Positions 48,901-56,637 of a stretch of 64,000 nucleotides of DNA are shown piece after piece. Within the stretch, counting starts at the first letter, position 1, and each line of letters begins with the position of its first letter. The notes beneath the pieces are model-generated. The model did not search any database, was not told the DNA's origin, and was given only the letters and a program-made list of their open reading frames with translations. This DNA is from Nitrosopumilus sp. (GTDB lineage: Archaea > Thermoproteota > Nitrososphaeria > Nitrososphaerales > Nitrosopumilaceae), in assembly GCA_965223425.1 (NCBI GenBank), contig OZ245003.1:2144001-2208000 (forward strand), in the 5' to 3' direction. The position numbers were made by a program, and so were the translations under genes.

Positions 48901-51900
48901 GAAGGCGATGTTTGCCGGCAGATTGTCCTGGTCTCTGACCACTAAGAACTTGCTGCTGTAGGAGGCGGTGCTGATATCAAAGGCTGTGGAGAGCGCGTAC
49001 TGGCGCACGGCGTCGTGCTCAGTGCCCAGCATGAACATCTTGGTGCCGTCAGGCGAGAAGGCGATGCCTATCGGATCGTTGTCCTGGTCTTTGACCACTA
49101 AGAACTTGCTGCTGTAGGAGCCGGTGCTGACATCAAAGGGTGTGGAGAGCGCGTACTGGCGCACGGCGTCGTGCTGAGTGCCCATCATGAACATCTTGGT
49201 GCCGTCAGGCGAGAAGGCGATGCCTATCTGCGCGTTGTCCTGGCCTTCGACCACTAAGAACTTGCTGCTGTAGGAGGCGGTGCTGACATCAAAGGGTGTG
49301 GAGAGCGCGTACTGGCGCACGGCGCCGTGCTGAGTGCCCATCATGAACATCTTGGTGCCGTCAGGCGAGAAGGCGATGCCTATCGGCTTGTTGTCCTGTG
49401 ACGCGATGAAGGATCTCAAGAACGATGTGCCGTTGGTCAGGTCAAAGGGCTCCGTTATGAAGTTACCTGACCTGTCAGATATCGCGGTGGCGGCTATCTC
49501 TAGGTGCGGGCTGTTCATCGCGATGACTGCCTGTTTGTCTGCTTCTGCCAGCCTGAGGGTAATTGAGCTGGCGGTGACCCCGACAACGGAGTCGCCGGAC
49601 AGGGCCACGACACCCGTGGTGGATCCGGGCTCCCTTATGTATAACTTGAATTTGTTTAGGCTGGAGGAGTCAATGCTCTCGTTGAAGGTGAGGGTCAGTT
49701 GGCCGGTGTCCTTGTCTAGTCCTGCCGAGACCAACCTAGGCCTCATGGAATCCGTAACAGTTACAGTCTGGGTTACCGGATCCGCGCTGTTGTACCCGTC
49801 TGAGCAAGTATACACCACATTGTACTTGGCGGCAACAGCCGTGTTCACCGTATCGCCACTGACTGTGTGAACAATGGTATACTGAAGGCGAGTAAAGAAG
49901 GTGGAAGGTTCACCCAGACCGTCGAGAACGGGACGGCCCGAGTCAACGCATCTTGCCCCTTCCGGGTACGTGTCGCCCACTGCCACTGATACGGATGCCG
50001 AACCGTGAAGGGTAATCACAGGTTTTATGGTATCCACCACAGAGACTGATCTGACCACGTCTTGCGCGGCAAGCCCGTGTTGGTCCGTACACGAGTAGGT
50101 GTACGAGTATGGAGTGCCTGGGATTGTGTCCGTGTCCACAGTGGAGGTGCTGGTAAGCGTTGTATCATCGCCGTGAGGATCGGTGCAGACTGCCCCGGCA
50201 TCTTCATACTCGAAGTACCTTTCTGCCGTTGCAGGGTTGGTGCCGATCAGGGTGATTGTCGGGGGCCGGTTTTCTGTAGCCAAGATGCTGACTATCTGGA
50301 CGCCGTCGTCAACGTTTGCAGCTACCAGGGCGTAGGTGCTGGAGCCCATCTTTACCGTGGTGATGCCCAGTGCGCCGTCAAGCACGTCAAATCTCTCAGT
50401 TTTCCCGTCGACTGTGACGGTTTCCCCGTCAGTAATGGAGGCAGTCGGGAAGGGGGTTGTGGGATTGGTAATGTCGATTATCTGGACGCCGTCGTCAGCG
50501 TTTGCAGTTACCAGGGCGTAGGTGCTGTTGCCTATCTTTACCGTGGTGATGCCCCGTGCGCCGTTAAGCTCGTCAAATCTCTCAGTTTCCCCGTCAGTAA
50601 TGGAGGCAGTCGGGAAGGGGGTTGCGGGATTGGTAATGTCGATTATCTGGACGCCGTTGTCATCTTTTGCTGCAACCAGGGCGTAGGTACTGGAGTCTAT
50701 CTCTACCGTGGTAATGTCCCATGCGCCGTCAAGCTCGTCAAATGTCTTGTTTGTACCGCCGACTGGGACGGTTTCCCCGTCAGTAATGGAGGCAGTCGGG
50801 AAGGGGGTTGCGGGATTGGTAATGTTGATTATCTGGACGCCGTCGTCAGCGTTTGCAGCTACCAGGGCGTAGGTGCTGTTGCCTATCTTTACCGTGGTGA
50901 TGCCCAGTGCGCCGTCAAGCACGTCAAATGTCTTGTTTGTACCGCCGACTGGGACGGTTTTCCCGTCAGTAATGGAGGCAGTCGGGAAGGGGGTTGCGGG
51001 ATTGGTAATGTCGATTATCTGGACGCCGTCGTCAGCGTTTGCTGCAACCAGGGCGTAGGTACTGGAGTCTATCTCTACTGTGGTAATGTCCCATGCGCCG
51101 TCAAGCACGTCAAATGTCTTGTTTGTACCGCCGACTGGGACGGTTTCCCCGTCAGTAATGGAGGCAGTCGGGAAGGGGGTTGTGGGATTGGTAATGTCGA
51201 TTATCTGGACGCCGTCGTCACGGAATGATGAGACCAGGGCGTAGGTACTGGAGTCTATCTCTACCGTGGTGATGCCCCGTGCGCCGTCAAGCTCGTCAAA
51301 TGTCTTGTTTGTACCGCCGACTGGGACGGTTTCCCCGTCAGTAATGGAGGCAGTCGGGAAGGGGGTTGCGGGATTGGTAATGTCGATTATCTGGACGCCG
51401 TCGTCAGCGTTTGCTGCAACCAGGGCGTAGGTACTGGAGTCTATCTCTACCGTGGTGATGCCCCGTGCGCCGTCAAGCTCGTCAAATGTCTTGTTTGTAC
51501 CGCCGACTGGGACGGTTTCCCCGTCAGTAATGGAGGTGATCGGAGCAACGTCGAGGTACTGTAGTGGTTTTACGTCAGTTATGGTGATGTTTTCTACCTG
51601 AAATACAGGTGAGATGCCGTAAAACGGATGCGTGTCACTTTTTAGATCCTGTATAGGACTGGTGAGCGGGCCATTATCAGCATTGTTTGGAAGTCCAGCT
51701 CGCACCATGTCAGCGCCAAGGGGTGCGGTGCCGTGTTTTGTCCCATCTGCATTAGAACCAGTAAACACGGCTGATGTAGCATCAGAACCAAACAGGAATA
51801 CGTTTCCGTTCTCGTCCCGCGCGGATCTCTCCTCATTCCATGATCCGTCGTAAAAGTCCTGATAGTTGTCTGCCACCTTTGCGCCGCCTAGCCAGTAGAT

Positions 51901-52281
51901 TGGGGGGCCCTTGTCTGTACTGTTATAGGTGGTACCGGTGTGGTCGCGCGCACTGACTGCACCTGTACTGCCCACCACCTTGAATGACGAGCTGTGTTCT
52001 TGGATGTCTGTATGGCCTGCCGCTACGAGGCCTTGGATGTACGTGTCATATACTGTAATGTCAGTAGGTACGGCGTTGTGTTTAGTTGATGTCGCGATAA
52101 GCAGCCTGAACTGGTCCCCCTCACCAAGGCCCGAGGGTATCAGGCCCCAGTCTGTCGGAACAGACGTTGCATCCGTCGCAGCATCTGCAAGGGGGATGCA
52201 AAGTGGAATCAAAAGAACAAGTGCCGCTATTGCTACTGCTGTCGTTGTTGCAGGCAACGGCGGTTTTATCAATCGTTGCAA
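45955..52281 (-). CDS. 2108-aa secreted modular surface protein: lectin-like N-domain, LVIVD-like propeller, DUF5011-like Ig domains, second propeller, 2 PKD-like domains, C-terminal domain
   Basis: Signal peptide; AGGAGA before TTG; repeats GVQIIDITNP x7, IAFSPDGTKMF x5, PTITL.G...Y.C.D, DG.I..Y.W. Confidence 0.9.
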   Translation of the reverse strand: MQRLIKPPLPATTTAVAIAALVLLIPLCIPLADAATDATSVPTDWGLIPSGLGEGDQFRLLIATSTKHNAVPTDITVYDTYIQGLVAAGHTDIQEHSSSFKVVGSTGAVSARDHTGTTYNSTDKGPPIYWLGGAKVADNYQDFYDGSWNEERSARDENGNVFLFGSDATSAVFTGSNADGTKHGTAPLGADMVRAGLPNNADNGPLTSPIQDLKSDTHPFYGISPVFQVENITITDVKPLQYLDVAPITSITDGETVPVGGTNKTFDELDGARGITTVEIDSSTYALVAANADDGVQIIDITNPATPFPTASITDGETVPVGGTNKTFDELDGARGITTVEIDSSTYALVSSFRDDGVQIIDITNPTTPFPTASITDGETVPVGGTNKTFDVLDGAWDITTVEIDSSTYALVAANADDGVQIIDITNPATPFPTASITDGKTVPVGGTNKTFDVLDGALGITTVKIGNSTYALVAANADDGVQIINITNPATPFPTASITDGETVPVGGTNKTFDELDGAWDITTVEIDSSTYALVAAKDDNGVQIIDITNPATPFPTASITDGETERFDELNGARGITTVKIGNSTYALVTANADDGVQIIDITNPTTPFPTASITDGETVTVDGKTERFDVLDGALGITTVKMGSSTYALVAANVDDGVQIVSILATENRPPTITLIGTNPATAERYFEYEDAGAVCTDPHGDDTTLTSTSTVDTDTIPGTPYSYTYSCTDQHGLAAQDVVRSVSVVDTIKPVITLHGSASVSVAVGDTYPEGARCVDSGRPVLDGLGEPSTFFTRLQYTIVHTVSGDTVNTAVAAKYNVVYTCSDGYNSADPVTQTVTVTDSMRPRLVSAGLDKDTGQLTLTFNESIDSSSLNKFKLYIREPGSTTGVVALSGDSVVGVTASSITLRLAEADKQAVIAMNSPHLEIAATAISDRSGNFITEPFDLTNGTSFLRSFIASQDNKPIGIAFSPDGTKMFMMGTQHGAVRQYALSTPFDVSTASYSSKFLVVEGQDNAQIGIAFSPDGTKMFMMGTQHDAVRQYALSTPFDVSTGSYSSKFLVVKDQDNDPIGIAFSPDGTKMFMLGTEHDAVRQYALSTAFDISTASYSSKFLVVRDQDNLPANIAFSPDGTKMFMLGDEFGAVRQYALSTAFDITTASYSDKSTRVRNQDNVPEDIAFSPDGTKMFMMDSLRDRVSEYNIGPSYSINATSDSAALLFSSATYNKDSGVITMTFSEELVATETNYTKIHIRATGSDTAGITFSDITTRSTVGKTVTATLDSAQKTAYSELSPAPPQLDIGHGAVADASGNKIAEAVDLQITEINQPSTVTPTLPDVNVPPTARISAPVRAAEGATVSLNGTGSTDNDGTISLYAWTANNTSITITDADKAEASFTAPPVTEDTTLAIKLVVTDDDGATGSANHTMTINDVNRPPTITLNGEDPATAERYVTYTDAGAACADPDGDDVTLTNSSNVDTDTIPLAPYLYTYSCTDQHGLAAQNVTRAVHVEDTVTPVLSLNGLSSVSLTVGDTYTDDGATCTDSGRPITVTVSGLDAVNTDAAGQYDVVYACSDGYNSPDPVTRTVTVTEPAIMPPPPPPDGNVPPTASISAPSRAAEGTQVTLDGTGSADTDGTIQSYNWTAGNPAVTITGGNQETASFTAPQVAEDTSLLITLKVTDDYGATGSAQHNMTITDTNQPPDGTTPPPPNEPPVISYTVNPDSSGPDSITLDRDTGFDLADLGVTCSDPEDGDITPVSENENLYDPTTEDSQSILYSCTDSDNNTVYLRVVLNLSAPDTTSDDDNEHKTRPTFGNSWSTNQKLVSCGYSMDGSCHDVLAYHVDYQRAEIRTGSTHDFALKAYAEKGLDRVAVGFGVPSVGSPFSDAEASITVHLGRNYTTDSTYEVAGISHDVRRGSTSSVIDASGITASVDSAACMSDVKPGAAATTATKGEENNNNSNNDYDCISVLISGVLFLEQTYDEPFMIQAVDSKRRVTNHYMNDGLAISGESLNPPMVILLQTKYSSQSDIITHELVRTDKINDVWTDQLGYTWTKNSYGTWHYLEGPAHSTGTACTDVNNRLCDAFAAKMAGHTALMEQLRDAEYGDIYQTQ
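48690..49395. repeat. 156-bp (52-aa) tandem repeat x5
   Basis: gaacatcttggtgccgtcaggcgagaaggcgatg recurs every 156 bp. Confidence 0.95.
50290..51540. repeat. 186-bp (62-aa) tandem repeat x7, one unit shortened
   Basis: cccgtcagtaatggagg recurs at about 186-bp spacing. Confidence 0.95.
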
Positions 52282-52343
52282 CTGTCAGACTCTCCTGTCC
52301 TCTCCTTCTCCCAATACCATTACTGCTGCTAATCCTTCCTCCA

Positions 52344-52358
52344 CCCCCCCCCCCCCCC
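52344..52358. repeat. C15 homopolymer upstream of the surface-protein gene
   Basis: 15 consecutive C, 63-77 bp upstream of the start codon. Confidence 0.9.
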
Positions 52359-52515
52359 GATGTCAGGCAACATTGTGGCAGGGAAGGCAAGATTACTGCA
52401 GGAATGACAGAGGCGCAATACGGCTAGCGACGGCTTCTTGAAAGCAGATAACTGAAAGGTGTGACTCAACAACTTGATGCTTTTGTTTTGATATTTATGT
52501 ATTTTTTTCAGATTC

Positions 52516-52655
52516 CAGTCTTCCCAGAAGTACTTCGTAGAGATTACCAAGAGGAGAAACTTTCTACTACAAAGAATCACACGCACCCAGAATCTGTAGA
52601 ATCACGGATTACTGGTTATAGTTCAGAGGAAAACTTGGTACTTCTGGGAAGACTG
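52516..52655. mobile_element. MITE-A copy 2, inverted relative to copy 1
   Basis: 140 bp, same 18-bp TIR, about 3 substitutions versus 4421-4560; flanks GATTC/AACCC differ. Confidence 0.95.
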
Positions 52656-52660
52656 AACCC

Positions 52661-52756
52661 CAGTTAAGCGAAATGCCTCAAATCTGAGATCAGATCAGCG
52701 GTTTGGTTCTGCACATGAGAGTGGTTTCCTTAATCAGGGTACATTTCGCTTAGCTG
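52661..52756. mobile_element. MITE-B (96 bp)
   Basis: 14/15-bp TIR CAGTTAAGCGAAATG / CATTTCGCTTAGCTG; no TSD. Confidence 0.75.
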
Positions 52757-52765
52757 ACTTGCAGC

Positions 52766-52856
52766 GTATGAGGTCACCTGTTCCCCTATCCAAGCACGAG
52801 TTTGTATCATCAGAAACATTTCCACGCCTGACTTCAGGGGGCAGGTGACCTCATAC
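52766..52856. mobile_element. MITE-C (91 bp), forming the right end of the cargo transposon
   Basis: Perfect 15-bp TIR GTATGAGGTCACCTG. Confidence 0.88.
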
Positions 52857-52893
52857 AAAGTAAATGGTAATAAAACAAAAAAGAATAGAATAT

Positions 52894-53493
52894 GTGTTGA
52901 AAGTAAGTTGTAACGAAAAAGGAATTGAAAAAGCATTTCAAATTATTGATCAGGGGGGAATTGCAGTTTTTCCAACAGATACGGTGTATGGAATAGGATG
53001 TAACCCATACAACAAAGATTCAATAAAAAAAATTTACGAAATTAAATCCAGAGATATATCAAAACCATTACCAGTTTTAGCATATTCAAAAGAGGTTGCA
53101 GAACAAATTGTCTTTTTTGATGAATTTTCTAAAAAAATTGTAGAAAAATTTTGGCCTGGATCATTGACAATTATTTTGAAACTAAAAGATCAAAATTTAA
53201 AAGAATCATTAAATTTAATTGATAAAATTGCTATAAGAGTTCCCAACCATGACTGTACATTAGAATTATTGAAAAAGTGTAATTTTCTGGTAGGTACTAG
53301 TGCAAATATTTCAGGACAGCCACCATTTACAGATCCTGATGAGTGTTCGAATAATCTTCAAAAATATGATATTCTGGTAGATGGTGGCATAATCGAAAGT
53401 AAAACAGAATCAACAATAATTGAAATAGAAAATGACGAAATCAAAATCATTCGAGAAGGTTCATTGAGTAGAGAAGAAATCTTAGAAAAATGA
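52894..53493 (+). CDS. sua5: Threonylcarbamoyl-AMP synthase (Sua5/TsaC)
   Basis: FPTDTVYG, K.R...KP, WPGSLT, TSANISG; start GTG/TTG at 52894/52897. Confidence 0.93.
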   Translation: MLKVSCNEKGIEKAFQIIDQGGIAVFPTDTVYGIGCNPYNKDSIKKIYEIKSRDISKPLPVLAYSKEVAEQIVFFDEFSKKIVEKFWPGSLTIILKLKDQNLKESLNLIDKIAIRVPNHDCTLELLKKCNFLVGTSANISGQPPFTDPDECSNNLQKYDILVDGGIIESKTESTIIEIENDEIKIIREGSLSREEILEK

Positions 53494-54011
53494 ATTTAAT
53501 CATCACTTGTGCCAGACATCTTGAACCTGAAACTGAAGAAGAAATAAAAGCAATTCTAGAAAAATTTGGAGATTCTGATGCAATAATTTCAATTACAAAA
53601 ATGTCGGGGATTTTAACTGCTGAAACAAAGCTTGAGCCAATAAAAGTTGTAAGAGAAATTAAAGAGACGCTACTTGATGAACCCTGGAGTATTAGATACT
53701 GTCTAAGAATAATACCAATTCAAAAAATCATTGAAACAAAAGTTGAAGGGATAGAAAAAGCCGTTATGGACATATCCAAACAAATTTCAGACAAAGAGAC
53801 ATACCGAATATCCATAGAAAAAAGAAATTCAGACTTGTCTAGTCAAGAAATTATTTCAAAAATAGCAAATAAATTAAAAAATAAAGTATCACTTGAATTT
53901 CCTGACAAGATTATCTTAATTGAAATATTAGGCAATAAAACAGGGGTTTCAATATTAAAAAAATCAGATGTGCTAAGTGTTGAAAAGACTAAACGAAGTA
54001 TCTCAGAGTAA
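53490..54011 (+). CDS. THUMP-domain protein
   Basis: TYRISIEKR...KVSLEFPD..ILIEI. Confidence 0.88.
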   Translation: MNLIITCARHLEPETEEEIKAILEKFGDSDAIISITKMSGILTAETKLEPIKVVREIKETLLDEPWSIRYCLRIIPIQKIIETKVEGIEKAVMDISKQISDKETYRISIEKRNSDLSSQEIISKIANKLKNKVSLEFPDKIILIEILGNKTGVSILKKSDVLSVEKTKRSISE

Positions 54012-54776
54012 AATTGTAGCTTTTTCTATCAAAATATCTTCCAATGGATGGTTTGAATAAATTGAATCAAGTTGTTTTTTTCTAATTTTAAAATATTTTT
54101 TAAGAAACAAATCATTATTTTTTGAGAATAAATTTACAGATTTAGGTAACAATTCCTCGTATAATGAATTTAGTGATTTTTTGTTTCCAACTGCAACTAA
54201 AATAAAATTAGTTTTTGGTTTAATTCCAGCATTTTTTATTGCATCAGAAATTTGCTGTGTTAATGCAAAACGCATCAAAATGTCAGTTTCAAGCTTGTTA
54301 GAAAGTAAAACCTGGTTTTTTTCGGATTCTAATGATAATGATAGGATTTTTTTTAAATGATAGTTATTTAAGATAAAATTACTCGATATTGCCTGAAGTT
54401 TGATTTTTGGGTATTTTTTTCTTAAATCATCAAGAAATTTTATATCGATTGTTTTTTGGCCTGTAATCTCAAGTGCTTGGATTTGTTTTTTCAGTACCTG
54501 CATAGTCAGTTTTTTAGCAGACCCGCCATGAATTACAGGAATAATACTTACTAGATCATTGTTTTTTATCTTAGTGGACTTTCCTTCCATAGCAGAAGAA
54601 TCTACTCCATTGATTGCAATCAATAGGTTTTCTACATCCAGTTTAGGAGTATCGACGGGTTTTATTTTTAATAATAAATCAAACAGATCTTGAATTGATA
54701 TATCAGACTGGTCAATTTCTAATTGTTCTGTTGAAAAAGATTTTTTTGCACCGCCAACGAGTTTTACAGTAATCAT
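54003..54776 (-). CDS. cgi121: MoaD/ThiS-like Ubl fused to KEOPS subunit Cgi121
   Basis: IIPVIHGG Ubl end, then LSNKLETDILMRF...QISDAIK..G. Confidence 0.85.
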   Translation of the reverse strand: MITVKLVGGAKKSFSTEQLEIDQSDISIQDLFDLLLKIKPVDTPKLDVENLLIAINGVDSSAMEGKSTKIKNNDLVSIIPVIHGGSAKKLTMQVLKKQIQALEITGQKTIDIKFLDDLRKKYPKIKLQAISSNFILNNYHLKKILSLSLESEKNQVLLSNKLETDILMRFALTQQISDAIKNAGIKPKTNFILVAVGNKKSLNSLYEELLPKSVNLFSKNNDLFLKKYFKIRKKQLDSIYSNHPLEDILIEKATILL

Positions 54777-54817
54777 GATAATCTAATTTAAGAGTTAGAA
54801 AATTAATATTTTACCAA

Positions 54818-55420
54818 TTATTCAGTTTTTTCTTCTGTAGCTTCGGTTGCTTTGTCTTCAGTGGTTTCTACAACTTCGGCAGTAGTTTCTTCAGAAGGGG
54901 TGACAGATTCAGGAGTTTCTACAACTTCGGCAGTAGTTTCTTCAGAAGGGGTGACAGATTCAGGAGTTTCTACAACTTCGGCAGTAGTTTCTTCAGAAGG
55001 TGTGACAGATTCGGTGGTATCTACAACTTCGGCAGTAGTTTCTTCAGAAGGTGTGACAGATTCGGTGGTATCTACAACTTCGGCAGTAGTTTCTTCAGAA
55101 GGTGTGACAGATTCGGTGGTATCTACAACTTCGGCAGTAGTTTCTTCAGAAGGTGTGACAGATTCGGCGGCATCTACTTGAACTTCTTGTTCCGCTAATT
55201 CCTCAGATTGTAGTGATTCTATTTGTGCCTGTTTAGCTTTTTCATCACGAACTTCTTTTTTGATAAATTTAGTGATATATCCTGCCACCTCATTTTTTAG
55301 ACCTTTAGAACGTATGATAGAAATTTGATCCAAGACTTTTTTGTTATCGGCAAAATCTTCACCAAATTTAGACTTGTGTACATCTAGAACCTCATATGAG
55401 AGACGTTTTATTCTATCCAC
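54818..55420 (-). CDS. rps17e: 30S ribosomal protein S17e with acidic repeat tail
   Basis: F..DF..NKK...SKGLKNEVAGYIT. Confidence 0.9.
   Translation of the reverse strand: MDRIKRLSYEVLDVHKSKFGEDFADNKKVLDQISIIRSKGLKNEVAGYITKFIKKEVRDEKAKQAQIESLQSEELAEQEVQVDAAESVTPSEETTAEVVDTTESVTPSEETTAEVVDTTESVTPSEETTAEVVDTTESVTPSEETTAEVVETPESVTPSEETTAEVVETPESVTPSEETTAEVVETTEDKATEATEEKTE
54866..55165. repeat. 60-bp tandem repeat x5 in the S17e tail
   Basis: ESVTPSEETTAEVV(D/E)T(T/P) units, near-identical DNA. Confidence 0.93.
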
Positions 55421-55452
55421 TGTTCGCTTAAAGAATGGGGGGTATTTTATAC

Positions 55453-56208
55453 CTATATTCCAAGAAATGAATTCGAATTATTTTCTAATAGTACTCCCAT
55501 TTCATCAAATGTTTTTCCTAGAATTTTTGAAGCACTAAAAACCACACTAGGGATAAAGCTGATTTGTCCAGATTTCATTTCAAAGCATCTAGAAAATCTA
55601 ACAGGTCCATCAGTCTCTACAAGAATTTTTGACTCGTCTGTTTTGGATAACAAGACTTGCTTATCATTTGCATAAACCATTACAGGTCCATATGATACAA
55701 AAAATCCCATGTCCATGGCTTTTTGAAGTTGTTTTTTACTACCATCAAACCAATGAAGTAAAGCATGTTTAGTATTATACGAAGTCATTATTTGAAAAAC
55801 ATCGTCAACACTTTTTCTTGAATGAATAGATACTGGTTTGTCAAATTTTTCAGCTAGTGACAATAATGTTTCAAATACACGGATTTGTGTTTTAGAATCT
55901 TCATCAGTATTAACAAAGGTTGGATCCAATCCTATTTCTCCTATTCCAGAAAGATTTTGGCGATTCTCTTCAATCATAACTGTCATTTGCTCAAGGTTGT
56001 CACTTGCACATTCAGGATGAATACCAATAAATGGTAAAATTAGATCACTTTGTTTTGCCAGTTTTAAAGTTTGTAAAGAATTTTCATTATCCATTGAAAC
56101 ACAACATGCTTTAATTTTCAGATACTCCATTCCTTGTAAGATAAATTTCATATCAGAGGAATATGCAGGATCAGACAAGTGTATATGGGAATCAAAAAAC
56201 CACGTCAT
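55453..56208 (-). CDS. tatD: TatD-family DNase
   Basis: DSHIHL, GIHP, GEIGLD, IHSR, ETDGP. Confidence 0.92.
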   Translation of the reverse strand: MTWFFDSHIHLSDPAYSSDMKFILQGMEYLKIKACCVSMDNENSLQTLKLAKQSDLILPFIGIHPECASDNLEQMTVMIEENRQNLSGIGEIGLDPTFVNTDEDSKTQIRVFETLLSLAEKFDKPVSIHSRKSVDDVFQIMTSYNTKHALLHWFDGSKKQLQKAMDMGFFVSYGPVMVYANDKQVLLSKTDESKILVETDGPVRFSRCFEMKSGQISFIPSVVFSASKILGKTFDEMGVLLENNSNSFLGI

Positions 56209-56289
56209 TTCTTTATCAATTCTTGAAATAGTCTGTATAAATCGATCCCTTAGTGATATTTTTTCACTCATTATCTTTTTTCGGGAAAA

Positions 56290-56526
56290 ATGAAAATGAA
56301 ATTCATGAAGTCATCAGAATTAGGATTATCTGCAATGTACAGAATTTTGAAAAAAGCAGGGGCTGAGAGAGTGAGCGACGAATCAGCAGATGAATTAAGA
56401 AGAGTTATTGAGGAACTTGCAAATAGCATTGCTAAAAGTGCAGTAGATATGACATCTCATGCAGGTAGAAAAACTGTAAAAGGAGAAGATGTAAAGTTGG
56501 CATCAAAACCATTTAACAAATTCTAA
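56290..56526 (+). CDS. Archaeal histone
   Basis: RILKKAGAERVS...HAGRKTVK.ED; start may be 56305. Confidence 0.93.
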   Translation: MKMKFMKSSELGLSAMYRILKKAGAERVSDESADELRRVIEELANSIAKSAVDMTSHAGRKTVKGEDVKLASKPFNKF

Positions 56527-56565
56527 TCTAAAGGGTTTAATTATTCACTTTGCGTTTTTCAGAAC

Positions 56566-56637
56566 GGTACTCTGGCAGAACGGTTATGCGTGGGCCTGCA
56601 AAGCCTATACAAGGGGGTTCGACTCCCTCGGGTACCT
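56566..56637 (+). tRNA. tRNA-Cys(GCA)
   Basis: Acceptor GGTACTC/GGGTACC; anticodon arm TGGGC-CTGCAAA-GCCTA; GGTTCGACTCC. Confidence 0.95.

Larger units (their letters stand above)
41618..52856. mobile_element. 11.2-kb cargo transposon with IS66-like ends carrying a giant surface-protein gene
   Basis: TIR GTATGAGGTCACCT (41618-41631) / AGGTGACCTCATAC (52843-52856); 8-bp TSD AAAGTAAA (41610-41617, 52857-52864); GC shift at both ends. Confidence 0.88.

Noticed and set aside
48690-51540. Diversity-generating retroelement TR/VR
   Set aside because: No reverse transcriptase in the window; repeats are tandem coding units and differences are not clearly adenine-restricted
52285-52320. Selenocysteine or readthrough of the in-frame TGA upstream of the surface gene
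   Set aside because: A TTG with an SD-like motif and a signal peptide follows; no supporting structure seen
46256-52441. Many plus-strand and alternative-frame ORFs
   Set aside because: Shadows of the GC-rich 2108-aa gene
52720-52728. Third AGTGGTTTC matching the IS5 TSD
   Set aside because: No adjacent TIR; probably chance
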